The position numbers were made by a program, and so were the translations under genes. Below the pieces are notes generated by a model that searched no databases, had not been told where the DNA came from, and saw nothing but the letters and a program-made list of their open reading frames with translations. Shown one piece after another: positions 27,527 through 43,900 of a stretch of 64,000 bases of DNA; positions within the stretch are counted from its first letter, which is position 1, and each line of letters starts with the position of its first letter. Source of the DNA: Takakia lepidozioides (Eukaryota; Plantae; Bryophyta); contig CM060731.1 of assembly GCA_030704615.1 (NCBI GenBank), positions 40,734,001 to 40,798,000 on the forward strand. Direction: 5' to 3'.

Positions 27527-30500
27527 TCAACACAGGAAATTGAAAGGCGGCACATAGGGTGTGCTGAAAACATACCCAGCACCAACCTCATTCCTTTGAG
27601 CATCCCTGTCTGCTTCTTGCAACCCTTCCATGGATGTTCCTATACTTCTGTCCTTTGAGAAACCGTATTGGTACTCCCCAAACAACTCTGAATCTAACTC
27701 ATGCTGGCGCCGCAAAACTTCGGCTTCTAAAATCTTGAGAGTAGCCTTATTGTCTGATTTCCGTGCTTCATCAAGTGGTGTACACCCATGCCTACATACA
27801 TTCCACCAACTGAGACCTTAGTTTCCCCTGCAAAAAGCACCCCTACATCCATGGAATCTGTCTTCAAGCAAGTACCAGTGACTCACAAAAGAGGTTGCAG
27901 AACTCTTTGAGTGCAGTTTTGTGGCTTATATAGCACAATGTGACTTAATAGATACTAGGAGATCCCATGGAGGGCCTTGCCAGAAGCATATACAGCCTGA
28001 GTTAGGCATCCCTGGCAATCCTCTCCCACTACCCCTACCAAAAAACTTCAAAAGTACACCCGCTTCAATTGGCTATCGTATCTTGTTCATCAGAACTTGA
28101 TATGGCCTGATATGTTCTAAGAGTGCAAGTTGAGACCCTACGGAGTTGAACAGCTTTGGATTGACACTGGTCACACAACCTTCCATTGTTTCACAGTAGA
28201 ATAACCCACGAAAACTATCACCACAACCTAAAGGCACTGACAGAAGGATGGGAGAGAGCAGTACAAACCGGTCCCTGACAAGAACATCTGCACCTCCATG
28301 CACCAACATTTCCACATTTTTGGCAGTACCATCTCCTGCAGCCACATGTAAAGGAGTCCGCTGGCTATAATCCACTGCATTGGGGTCAACTCCATGCTTC
28401 ACCAGTCTGTCGACGTACTCCATGTCCCCACTTGCCACAGCTTTGCACATCTCGGTACCTGCCTCCTACAAATGAAACAGGGATGGACAAGAGAGAGAGG
28501 ATTAGGTGGGCATCAATATCAGGGATACTAGGATATCCATGGGCACCTCATGCTGCTCCTTGACACACAACAAACACACCGACAATGTCCTGTGGACATC
28601 CATAGCTTTATTCTCGCCAGTAAAGAACTGTTGAGCTATACCCAGCCAGTTTTACAAGTACTGCAGGGAAGTGTGCTGCTGTTCAGGTAAGTTGGTTGCT
28701 AGACATCGACTGCGACCTTCAACTACCTCCACATGCATTTATGCAGTGGTCTGCCCCATGGACAGTACTAGACATTCTTGTCAATTTTGGACTAATTTGA
28801 AGTTCTGAAACTTAGGCCACTGGTTCAGATTTCCATCCACTGTAAAAATAGTATCATGAATTTATGTATGGCTCTTCTACATGGGACTGAGTCTGACCTC
28901 AACACTGTTGATACTGGACTTGTAAGAAGTTCAAACTTAGCATACAACTAAACGGAACGTCTAGGTTTAAACAGTTCTTTTAGAGGAGGAATGTCCCCAG
29001 AAGTTCTCCCAAACAGACCCTGAGTTACCAAGAGGCCACAGATGGCCACAGATTGGCAAGAATATACCTTTAAGAGAGTCTGGGCACCATTATCGACCAA
29101 AATTTGAGCTGCAGCATCATGACCACGTTTTAACGCTTCCAAAAGTGGAGTCATGCCAAAGTTATCTGCTCATCCCGTCCAAACACTACGAGTAATCTTT
29201 GAGAGAAAGGAGGAGGGAGGAGGAAACAAACAGAGTGGGCACAACCCGTAACAACACTCAAATCTGACCCACCAAAAGGCAAACTGTGAGGTCATGCAGA
29301 TTACCCAAATCCAAGACGTGTGCTAGAAGGTTTTGCGAGTGCCAAATAGCAGCTGTGAATGGCAAAGAACAAACAGAAGACTTCAAATCCAATAGATCTA
29401 AAGCTACTTTACCAAGGATCCCCAAAATTGGATGAGGGCTCAGTGAATGCTGTCATGGTGCAATGCCCAGGTTGAATACGGAAGAGTTTCAACCTACGGT
29501 CCACTCGGGCTGAAGAAATCTCACCTATCTCGTTGACTTTTGCACCCTCCTTAACCAGCAGGGCTACACATTCAGTATGGCCCTTGGAAGCTGCCACATG
29601 CTACCCACCCATGTAACCCAATAAGAAAATATGACCTTTCCCGCTTTCGACCAAAACAAAAAACAGTTCCAGTTCAAAGCCTGAAACAATTGAAATTGTG
29701 TATATGAGGGTTCGGCATTTGTCCTCCACCTAAGACATTACCTTTGATCGAGAACACCTGCATACATTGCCCACCCACCCACACACACTCTCTCCACAGA
29801 GGGAATGACATGAGTACATTCTCTCCACACACTCCCAGTAACCCTTAGGATCTGGATCCTCTGAACAATCAGAGACGTGATCAACATACCAAAGGAGTTC
29901 GACCATCATAGTCTGACTCTGAGGGATCCGTCCCTGTTTGCAATACCTCCCGCAGCTGCCCAACTTCACCCTGTGAGGCAATATCTCTTATGTTTGGCCC
30001 TCCCTTTTCTGAAGACGATGAGTGGGCCTCCCCAAAGTCTGCCTCGCTAGCTTGTTCTCCCAACTTTCGGACAGCAATTGCCATCTCAAATGCTGCAATA
30101 GTGTACTGTGCAGCCTGGACAGGCATCAACACTGAGGTCAGTTCACGGAGTGTTTGGAGTCTGAGCTGTTCAGCCTCCACTAAGAGGTCTCGTAGGCCCG
30201 CTAGCTTGGGCTCCATGGCTTCCCTCACTTCTGATAAGTCATTGGACTCACTGGGGGGAGGTTCCGCTGTGGTTGCTCGTGCCATCTGCTGATCAGCAAC
30301 CAGCATCTGCACCCACAAAACAGCTTCAAAACCTTCACTCCTCTCCTCCGATCCTAAATTTTCTTCCCATCCTTCCCTCTCTCTCTCTCTCTCTCTCTCT
30401 CCACTCTCCCTGCCTACTAGGAAGCCTATTCACATTTGGTGGACCTGACGTGGGAGTAGATAAATGTCTCCGCGACTAAATGCCAGCCTTGTGACGTCGT

Positions 30501-32953
30501 ACCTATGTTTGCTTTAGCCTGAAGCACTGTGCTTGAGGTAAGGTAGTACATTGGACTTAGTTGGAGAGAACGGGGCCTCTCCCTCTTTAGAATTTCTTTG
30601 CCTGCAGCTTCTTTGGAATGATGATCTCTGAATGGTAACGAGCGGATCACTACCACTTGGGGGACACCCCTCCACTCAAAGTGGGGAGTCGGATGCTCTG
30701 TCTTGCATTCTCGGCACCTGGGCTAGGGTTTGCCTTGCGTTTAGACCTTTAGCCTGCGAAATTAGAGAAATTCCTTCAAATCCCCAGGGTGATTCCTGGG
30801 AAATGGTCACTTATGCCAAATCTAGAGCTTCGTGTGTAGTTTTTGGGGTGAATCGTAGGAGTCAAATTTCATGATGTCACTTTTTCAGTCCAGAATCAGC
30901 AAAAACTTTCAAGGTTCCATTGATGGTAAGCCCGAATGCAAAGGACTCACACCAGGGACAAAGGATGAGCCTTTGTACCATGACCTATGGCTAATGTTAG
31001 TAAATGCGCAGAGCTGGCATTCAACGACCGTGGGGAGGGAAGTAATCGAAGTGGGGTAATGAAGAAATCCATGTACTCCCTTCCTACACATATCTTGGTG
31101 TTGAGGTTTCCTCCACCTGTAACTGGGATGCACATATACAAAAAGTGATTCAATCAGCTAAACGCAAAGTTTTGGCTCTCACTAATTTATTCCACTGCAG
31201 AGGGATTAACACTGAAGTTGACAGCACCGTGCTCTGCAATGTTACTAGGCCTGCCTTGGAGTACCCATCTGCTGTGTGGGTCGACAATATCAACCATGCT
31301 AAGTCTCTAGAATCCATTCAGTTCGTGGTGTTCAAAGAAAGTGGCAAGTTTGGCATACCTCCTTCAACTCTCGACGAGAAGAATGCAAGGGCATATGGTG
31401 GGTCAGTTGAATCGCATGTCTAATACCCGATATCCTAAGATACTAAAAGTCTTGGTGGAAAAGGGTTTCTCAAGTATCTGAATATTAATCCAGAGAAATT
31501 GACCATACTGGATGAAGCTGACCTGGAGGGGGGTGTGTCCAAAGGCATGTCTGATGCCCAAAGACTGCCCGATGAAAATGAAGGTAGGCATAAAACTTCC
31601 AGAACTTGTTTCCAGGCAAGGACCTTAAGGATAATCTGACGGGCCTGACTATCTCGGCATTAGACTGACATTAAACTCGGGGCAGGCAGCCTACCTTTGA
31701 ACAAAAAACAGATGCAGGGAGGAAAAGGAGATGTGCATCATTTGGGGTATTCTCAGCAGAGAGTGACCCTCTTCAGGACCATCAAGAACATAGCCTGCAC
31801 ATCTGTTCACCAACTTTCAATATCTCGAGGCTGAGCTTAAAGCCCTGGCCCTGTTGAGGTCTAATTGCTGAGCAGCTCACACAAAGCAGATTCATACTTG
31901 TGTGAAGGGGTTTCTAGAGGAAATTGGAAAAGCCTGTACCAATTGTTTATACCAAGGCAAGTGCCACTACTGGAGTTGTTCCATGAGAAAATGGTTGCCT
32001 GGGAACCAAAGATTTACCAAATACGTGGAAGCAATATGGCTATCTCCTGTGACAATCACAAGGTTACATACTATCAAAAGGTTACATACTATCAAAAGGT
32101 TGCAGGATCTCTGCAAAACAAGATAGGCAAACCACCAGTCAACAAAAAGGGCAAGACACACACACACCAGAGAGAGAGAGAGAGAGAAAGAGAAAGACCT
32201 GCAAGACAGCCAGACGATTTGTCAAATCATCCTCCCCACCTCGTGTCTGTTGCTGCAGGTTGTTTAATCTAAGAAACAGTAAAGGATACATGCCATTAGC
32301 TTCATGTGCTCAGATCAGCTTGCAAAGTAGATACACAACACTCTGCGGCCAATCGGATTCTCTTCAGTAGTTCTAGAATCAAGAGCATTTACAAAACATG
32401 TTTGACTCATTCTTACATAATTAAGTCAACACAGGCATTCACTAATCTGCGGAAAAATAAATATAGCTAAACCTGAGATCCTTGGAATTTGACCATGTCC
32501 GAATTACAGGAGTTCTATCTTGGCTGACATACATAGCACATTTGCCTCCCAATGCCAGAAAGTGACTGACCTGGAGAGTTGCCTAGCTGAGAGAGCTGCC
32601 ATGGATGGCACCTCTATACCTGCCAATAGCTTGCCTAGCTCATTCTCTATTTGTATCCCCATGAGTGAAAATGCCAGTAAAATTGCAGTAGTTGGTCGCC
32701 ACCCACCCATCCACAGGAACCCTGCTTCAAGAGGCGTTCTCCACATGCCAGCCGCCACATAAGAGATATCCTGCTGGGCTGCCTGTATCTTGGCATCTAC
32801 AAACTTGGTGTAATGACGGTAGCAAGACTGAACAAGGCTAGATAATTCAGCATCGCTTATGGGCGTTTCAAGGGCTTTGCGAAAAGACTTGAGATACTTT
32901 TGTTCTTCCTGTAGCCATTGACTGTAAACCTTGTCCAACGTAGATGTTGTCAT
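27527..32953 (-). CDS. DOG1-domain plus ankyrin-repeat protein; exons 32953-32571, 32268-32199, 30306-29890, 29600-29525, 29165-29068, 28465-28269, 27791-27527
   Basis: In-frame GT-AG splicing. DOG1 motifs YSQWLQEE, GMWRTPLEAGFLWMGGWRP, LSARQLSRLNNLQQQTRGGEDDL, LLVEAEQLRLQTLRELTSVLMPVQAAQ; then ankyrin repeats DYDGRTPLHVAASKGH, DNFGMTPLLEALKRGH, DYSQRTPLHVAAGDG, DRHGCTPLDEA. No bZIP upstream (in-frame stop before the ATG). The last-exon end is less certain. Confidence 0.9.
30900..31620 (+). mobile_element. 5'-truncated non-L1 LINE fragment (RTEX/CR1/L2-like RT thumb and downstream region) inside intron 2 of the DOG1-ankyrin gene
   Basis: The frame from ~31082 reads SYTYLGVEVSSTCNWDAHIQKVIQSAKRK...VLCNVTRPALEYPSAVW...KSLESIQ, i.e. 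the YLGV..W..HI and RP.LEY...VW motifs. Confidence 0.7.
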
Positions 32954-34751
32954 GAGTGCAGCACTGATTTCAAGACTCCTCTTGTTATTTCCAGAAAACC
33001 TCTTCAAATAATGGCCTCCATTTCTTTCTTGTCACGATCATGTGGCACTTCTCCTCTCCCACCTCTGATCGACCAGACTTCGGCAGCTCACCAGAGAGGA
33101 ACCATTTCCATTCTACTTACCATCTAAGGACCTACTTTGACTCCTCTTTGACGCGGGAGAAAAAAAACTACTGAGATACTACTGCAGAAACGACTCCTCC
33201 CGGTCAATAAGCAGAATGTTCTTGTCGCCGCGCTTCTAACAATCGTACAAATTTGGCGGATTGCGCCACAGCCCTGTTACTCGTCCAGAATTAGATTCTT
33301 GTCAGCTTATGTTCGTCAATAATCTGCTCTTACTGCGCTATCAACTTACAGAGGATGAATTCCTTCACACTCCAAATACTCACAACTGGGAGTAATTTCC
33401 TCGTTCTACTGAGAACCCAAAACCCCTCACCTCTCTAGATCCTTATAGCACTTACCTCCTTCACTCCCTCCACGATTTCAACAATTCAAAAAGAAGCTAA
33501 CAGCATCTCCCTCTTCCTCCCTCTCTCACCTGAAACCAAACAACGCTGCACCAGAACCAGACCCCGCGCTACACTCAATCCACACGACACTAGCTCTCCA
33601 AACCCCCCGACTTCCTTCCGTCCTGAAACACATAATCTCCATCATCACCACTTCAACTTCACCTCAGTCCCATCACCGAAATCCTCGCAACACAAAAGCA
33701 AGCAAGCAGCCAGCCCTGCCAAAAACTGAAAAAGATCTCGAACCACAGCTCGCTCAAAATCAGTATACAAAACAACACCACACAGCAATTACCTCACAAA
33801 GAAACCCACACGACAGAATTGAGGACAGCTTCGCAGCTCTCTCGGATTTCAGAGCGAGGATCAACAGAGAAGCTCCGAAGTACTCAGTAACTAGTAACCC
33901 TCCCGGCTCTGGAGGACACAGGGAATCTGACTACCGCTGATCACCGGTCTCCGCACCCTTCAAGGGCTTAGCAGTGCCTCAGAATTTTATTCTATTCCTT
34001 AGCAGTGCACTCTCAGTCGGTCACCACACCGGCTACCCAGCCTCATCTGCCTTGTAGACTAGGCCTTGGTAGGTACCTATCCAGAAGGTCACAGATACTA
34101 CTACATACTTCCTTCAACCGTACGTATCAGTATGGTATATTCCTCTAGCTACCTACATGTAGGGTAACCTTGGTAGGTACCTACCTGTGTAACTATCCGT
34201 ACATACAGCTAGAGATATGTATTTACGAATTTACCGTATGAGGGAGGTACGTATTTTGTGTCCATGAGAACTATACTTCATCTTCTCCACCTGTTCTAGT
34301 CTGACTCAGAGAGGTGTGGTGTGGAGAGTCTATGAAACAGAGAATGCAGAGTGCTTCCAGCTTACACTTGCTTTGTTATCTGCAGCATTCCTTTCCTGAG
34401 GATGGTGGGTGCAGGGAGACCGATGTCTTAGAGTGTAGCTCTCAAGATCATCTCCGGCTCTTGAAGCATGTGTGTGGTTGTGGAAGAGAGGCGATTTACC
34501 ATCACCCATGTCACCCTTGGCTTTGAAGTTTTCTCATAAGAGAGATGTACTTGTTCCGAATTGTAATAGAGGTGGTGATTATCAAGAAAGGTTTGAGTGG
34601 TTGAGACATGCTGTTGAGAATGAGTCAGGAAGTAAAATAGCTTGATGGACTGCAAAGAGACAGGCCTGAGAAAAAATGCAGTCAATCAAGGATTACCTTT
34701 TCATTTTATTGTCACTAGTAAGAATGAATGTCATGTACAAAAGGCCCAGTT

Positions 34752-38153
<3,402 letters not shown>

Positions 38154-40745
38154 TTACACCTTGAAGACCTCCGTGTCATCAACATATGACATCCCAATCG
38201 GGTACTCAAGTCCCATTAACAGAAGTGCCTGGTTGTCTTGAGTGGTCTCCAAGACACATGTGTGACTGCCATCCCAAACCCTCCACTCAGGGTCAAGCAG
38301 AGGGTGACTCCCATCCCCCTCCAACCCCTCTAAAACATTATGGAGAGAACGGAGTAAAACATGAAAAGCCAAAGTCACAATTGGAAAGAGGTAAACAAAA
38401 TGACAGAGAGAAGACGGGGGCAGAACAGGACAACCTGAATAAAAAAGGGAGGGTGCACCGTTAGTCCAGAGAGGGAATAGCCTCAACAAATCCATCCTCA
38501 CTCTCAAGACAACCAGGAGCAACCTGGGTGGTGCGGCACCTTACCTTAAAGAAAGAGGTGAAGAACAACGCCAGATTTTGAATGAAAGCCTGCAAAGAAA
38601 CAGCAGGTAAGAATCCATCTTCCAGTCATCATCAGAAGTCTGGTTTCTCACAAATAGCTATGGTGGCATGAACTGCTGGCAGATCTGTGTCACATGCTAA
38701 GAATGTCAGACACAAAAAAGGTTGCTCAAAAGGCAATGTACCTGGTCCTCATCTGAGCCACTTGCATATGCATCTGGGACATGGGTGCCAGGTGGCAAAA
38801 TTATCTGCACAGTCATTTCGGAGATACCACTCTTAGCTATGAAGACGCATCCATACCAGCACAAGACTAGACATTTGCAACTAGCGACTATTGCAAATCC
38901 CATCATATAAACCAGGCAGCTTTGAATGGTATAGCACAAGACAACAGAGAGAAAGGACAGATCCCTCTCTCTCCCGCTCTCTGTCCCTTGGGCTTCCTAT
39001 AAACACAGTAAATGTCTTTTTTTCCTTCTCTCCTCTCTCTCCCTGCTTACTCTCTTAGTTCCATAGGACATTGGGCCACCATGGGCATGTTAAAGTTTCT
39101 CTTTCTCTTGCATCTCTCCCGTGGACATTATAACTTCCTGTTTCACTGTCTTAAGGGCCCTCTCAGCCTCCATGCTCTCTGCACGCTAGATTGGTCCATC
39201 AACCAAATGTGAAGACCATTGCTGAAGGATGGAGCCTCGGTATTCACAGGCAAAGGTTCGATGGGCAGAACTGAGCCTTAATGAAAAGTGACTTCTCATT
39301 ACAAACCAGTGTTGTAGTGTTGGGGCATCCTACCCAAATACAGTTGCAAACTTACCGCGACGGAGTGCAAGCCCTGGCTTAATAACGTTCATGCAAGCTA
39401 GTGATGGGATCTTTCTGAAACAACACCATGCCCAAAATTGAGATGCTGATCAAACTTTTCGACAAGGCTTGCCCAACAGTGTTTGAGATGAACGTGGTAG
39501 ACACCACTGGAGATTCTGATGGCATCCTGGATGTGTGCTGATCAGCCCAAAACCCAGCCCAAAACCAATGGTGCTCCCTTCGCAATGCTGATTTTAGAGG
39601 CTCATCCAGTGTTGGTTGGCTAAGGCCATAACTCTTTGCTTTCTCGAGCTCCTTTGCCAACAGATCGCCAGAGCAAAACTCCCGCCTTGAGAGAAAACGC
39701 CCGCCTTGAGAGAGAGGACGCGAGAGAGAGGACATGCTGCGAATCCCTAAACAGGCTTCATGTCCGGGCAGTTTTACCCGATTATTGAAAATATCAAAAA
39801 CATACTATGCGTATGTAGTAATATACGACGTGTATATTATGATATATGTTCCGTATAATATACCTGGTACCCCAGGCATGTAGCATGGGGTTAGTTACCC
39901 CTTGCCTTTTACTACCCGGGGTATTTCTACCCCGTGCTTTTCAATAGCCCATGCCCTCTTGCCCCTGCCACAGAATCTTTTGGAATAAAACCCCCGGGGT
40001 AATGGAATCTTTCAAGGGGTCGGGGTCCTGTACAAGCTCCGTAAATGTAGCCCTGAATCTCAGCTTTCCAACGAACCCTACCACGCTTCCAGCAGATCAG
40101 CACACCATTCGTTATGAATTTTAGAAGTAATTTCAAGGCAGCTTTCCTGGTGCCGGGCTGCAGCATTCGTGGCCCCCAACTGTTCCAGGGGACCCGTTGG
40201 TGGGACCCGGACGTTTCAATAGGTCAGCGCTACCTGGCAGCCCCGCTGTGGCTGATTGTGTCCCCCAAGGCAGGGGGTGGAAGACGTGGCCCTCCAATTC
40301 CACGGGCCATGCAGAGTGGGGTAGGCATGATTTTGGCGGGAGAGCCACTTATGGCAGGCCCCATCTGACCGAAACCCACGAGGTAAGTAAATGAAAGTAG
40401 AGATTTTCCATCCAAGAAATTCTTCCCTCCTCAAAAGTAAAACTTCGCCACAACCAATGTAATAGGCATGTGGATTCTAGATTTCATCCAATTTGGATGG
40501 GATTTGATGAGCAACAGCAGGTGTACTTCATCCTCCAAAAGTTCACTGAAGAAAGTGACAGTAAGAAAAACGGTTTAGCCACACATAAGAAAAAGACAAA
40601 TTCACCCAACTAAACACAGAGTGTGGCAGTGCGCCCCATGTTATATAGGGTCACATTCCCGGGTCTCATTTGGATGCCAAATTTGGACTTTTGGGTAATG
40701 TGTGTCAGGCCCAAATTTGGGAAATTGGGTTTTGGGACTTTAAGT

Positions 40746-40916
40746 ATGTAGCCCAGTGGTAATAGGCACATAGCACATACCACCTCGGAAGTGGTTGTGG
40801 GTTCAAACCACCGATTGGTGTCACAAAGGTGTCCATCTTCCTACCAGGAAGGAAATAGCCCTTGGGAGTCAAGGGACACCATAATTTACGCTTGCGGGCG
40901 ACATGTATATATATAT
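40746..40916 (+). mobile_element. tRNA-derived SINE, family B, copy 1
   Basis: A box tagcccagtgg, B box gggttcaaacc, (TA)n tail; homologous to 44885-45063 and 62741-62906. Confidence 0.8.
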
Positions 40917-40929
40917 GTTATTAGGGTGG

Positions 40930-43900
40930 CTTCGCCATAAAAAATTTAAGGAAAACAAAATAAAGGAGACAGGCCCTAAAGAATTTTATTGATTAAAAAA
41001 TTTTGAATGTTTACAGTTTTGAACATAAATTGACATCTCAATCTTACTCAAAAAGGCGAAGCTCAAGACCTGGCTCTCGGCCGCTGATACAACAAGAAGC
41101 CATTGTCCTTTTACAAGAACACAAATTGGACTTAGCCAAAATAGCTTCCCTGGAAGACCAACTCTGGCCATCAGCCCTTAGCTTTTGGAAAGCAACAATC
41201 GAAGGATCTACCAGGGGGGAGGGGGGGGGGAGACAGCGATTCTTCTCTCCCCTTCCATTGCAGCCCTGGTTCAAAAAGAGGACACTTGGTTTCAAGGAAG
41301 AGCGCAATTTGTTTCCATCGCAGTTCCAAGAACGGCTGAAACCATGGGTATTGTCAACCTGTATGGTACGTGCCAAAGACTTTTGGAATTAGGGAAACTG
41401 GACACATTATCCCTTCAAACTTACCACGAAGCCAGGCAGAACCTGGAAGCCTATGCTTCAACAAAAATTGAAACTTCAGGCAAGCATTAACTGGGCAACT
41501 AAAGGTGAAAGAATGTCAAAATACTTCTTTGAAAAGGTTCAAGTCCGTAGAAATTCGCAGATAATCTCGGAACTTCGGGACTCTCTGGGCCATCTATCTT
41601 CAAACCCCAAAGAGATGGTTTCAATGGCACACTCCCATTTTGCAGACCTCTTTAAACAGAGAATAGAGACCCCAAGTATTGTGTTTACTAGAGAAACGTG
41701 TCTGCGCACCCAAAGCCCGGGGGAGTCACTCCCTATCACTTGTATAGGGCACGTGAGATAAATGGGTATTTTGTAAGGGGGTATTACTTTTACTTTGGGT
41801 ATTTTTTAGTACCCTATAATTACATAATTTTGTAATATGGTGATTTTTGGCATGCTATTTTAATTATAATTTTTTGTTTCAAACAAATATTAGACACCCT
41901 ATATTAATAATACAATAAAAGAAAAAAAAATTACAAGACAAATGAATTTATTATTTGGTTGAAATAAATTCATTTAAAGCATTCGCATCATCCGCATTCA
42001 AAGTATAAACGTTTTGCACTCTATCGAAAGTCATAGTGACTGAACTAATAATTGAATCTACATCTATCCACTTGTTGTCGGTATGATCATATTTGAATTT
42101 AAATTATCCTCTAGATTTTGAGAAGTAGTTTAATAACACCATAATTGGTGTGGTTGGTCTATTTAGGAGATCAGTAGGTTGTTGCGATATCCCCCACCTG
42201 CTCCCTGCCTTCCTTCTCAATTTTTGAATCCTACCTAGCCACTATTTTTTTGTAGTATTAAGTTTTCCCCTAGGAGCATGTATATATTTTAGGAATTTTT
42301 CATAGATATTTATCTCAACCCTATATTAGTTTTAAGAAAAAATTAAAATCAGTCATTATTTTAGACCCTATATTAACTTAAATTCACTGATCACAATATA
42401 ATGTACCTTTTATTACTTTTAAATGTTTTTTAATTTTTATCTTTTGTGAATAAATTGCACCCTATATTTTTTTGCACGTCGGTTGGAATTTTTTGGAAGT
42501 GACCTCCCCGGGCTGTTGCCGTATTGGCAGGTACCTCAAATATCACCTAGATACGATTCACTCCCAATTGGGGGCAACACCTAGGGCTTGAATGGCTGCA
42601 AGCCGGGGAAGTTACGACGCTCCTTGGTCACCCTTTCGGGATAAACTTGACAGATGACCAAAGAATGGGCGATGTCATTGCTAAGCTCCAAAAAAAGTTG
42701 GTTTACTGGGGTTCCCGCCACTTATCCATCACTGGTAGGTTGCCAACCAAATCTTGTTGGCCAGTATATGGTACTTTGCTTCCGTGTGGAGCCCATCTGC
42801 ACCTCAGAACAAAGAGATCAAAAAAACAATTAGAAACTTCATATGGGGTGCAGACTCATCTGTCAAGAACCCTAGACCGGCAGTCTCATGGGCTCAAATT
42901 TGTCTTCCCAAAAAGAAAGGTGGTCTTGGGATCATTGACCCTGCAACTCAGATATCAGCTCTTTTAGGGAAATGGGTTGTCAGGCTTTTAGGGCCTGGGG
43001 GAGGATGGTGGAAATACCTGGTGTATCAGCACATAGCCAACAGCTCCCCCCTCAAAAACAAAACCTGGGGCCCATCCCTCAGATGGATCACAAATGGTTT
43101 CAAGCACAAGTCACAAGGATCACCTTTATGGAAAGCAATCTGGGAAATCTGGGGCTCTATCAGACCTCATTTACTCAAAGAAGACCCACAAACCTATGAA
43201 GAGGTAATGCGACAGTACCTCTCTCTCAACTCCAACGCTCCTTCAGCCATAGACAGAGCCACTGCTGCAAAATACTCAGCCTGGGATAGATTAAACATTG
43301 CCCAAATCAAAGACATATGGGGAGGGCATGCATTCTTATCCCAAGACCAAATCAATGGTATTGTTGGACCTCAAAGAGGAGCAGCAGGTTATCAACAGAT
43401 ACTTCAGAAGATTCCGAACAACTGGATTCAATCTCTAATGGCTGGCCCATATCAGGCTTACCTCGGTAGTTGGGTAACTTGCTCCAGAAACCTCCAAAAA
43501 GTGATCTACATCACTGCCATTGAAACTAACCACTTTATGGGTATAGTTCTCAATAAAATATAACTTTCAAACTATCTTTCACTGGCCTCATGGACTCCAG
43601 AGCTTATCTCGGGTGGCAATACACACCTGTCAGAATCTGCCAATGGACTTCTCCAGACAAAGACATGAACCCACAAGCTCCCCCAGAGCTATCCCGGCAG
43701 CCTGGCTCTCATCGCACTTATTCCTCTGGGTGGAAGGTGTTCCATTTATGGGGGTAACCATATACCCAAAAGAATGGTCTTGGAATTTCTAAGCCTCCCG
43801 ACCTTCGTTCTTCAATTACTCAGCCAAAGCTGCATACCGCTCCTTATTAAAACCACAACAATTCCATGAGAAATGGGCCTTGAAATGGGCTTGTTATGGA

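Noticed and set aside
32954-33007. Longer N-terminus or bZIP (TGA factor) for the DOG1 gene
   Set aside because: An in-frame TGA lies shortly upstream and no basic-leucine zipper exon is visible; the ORF-track start is a TTG.
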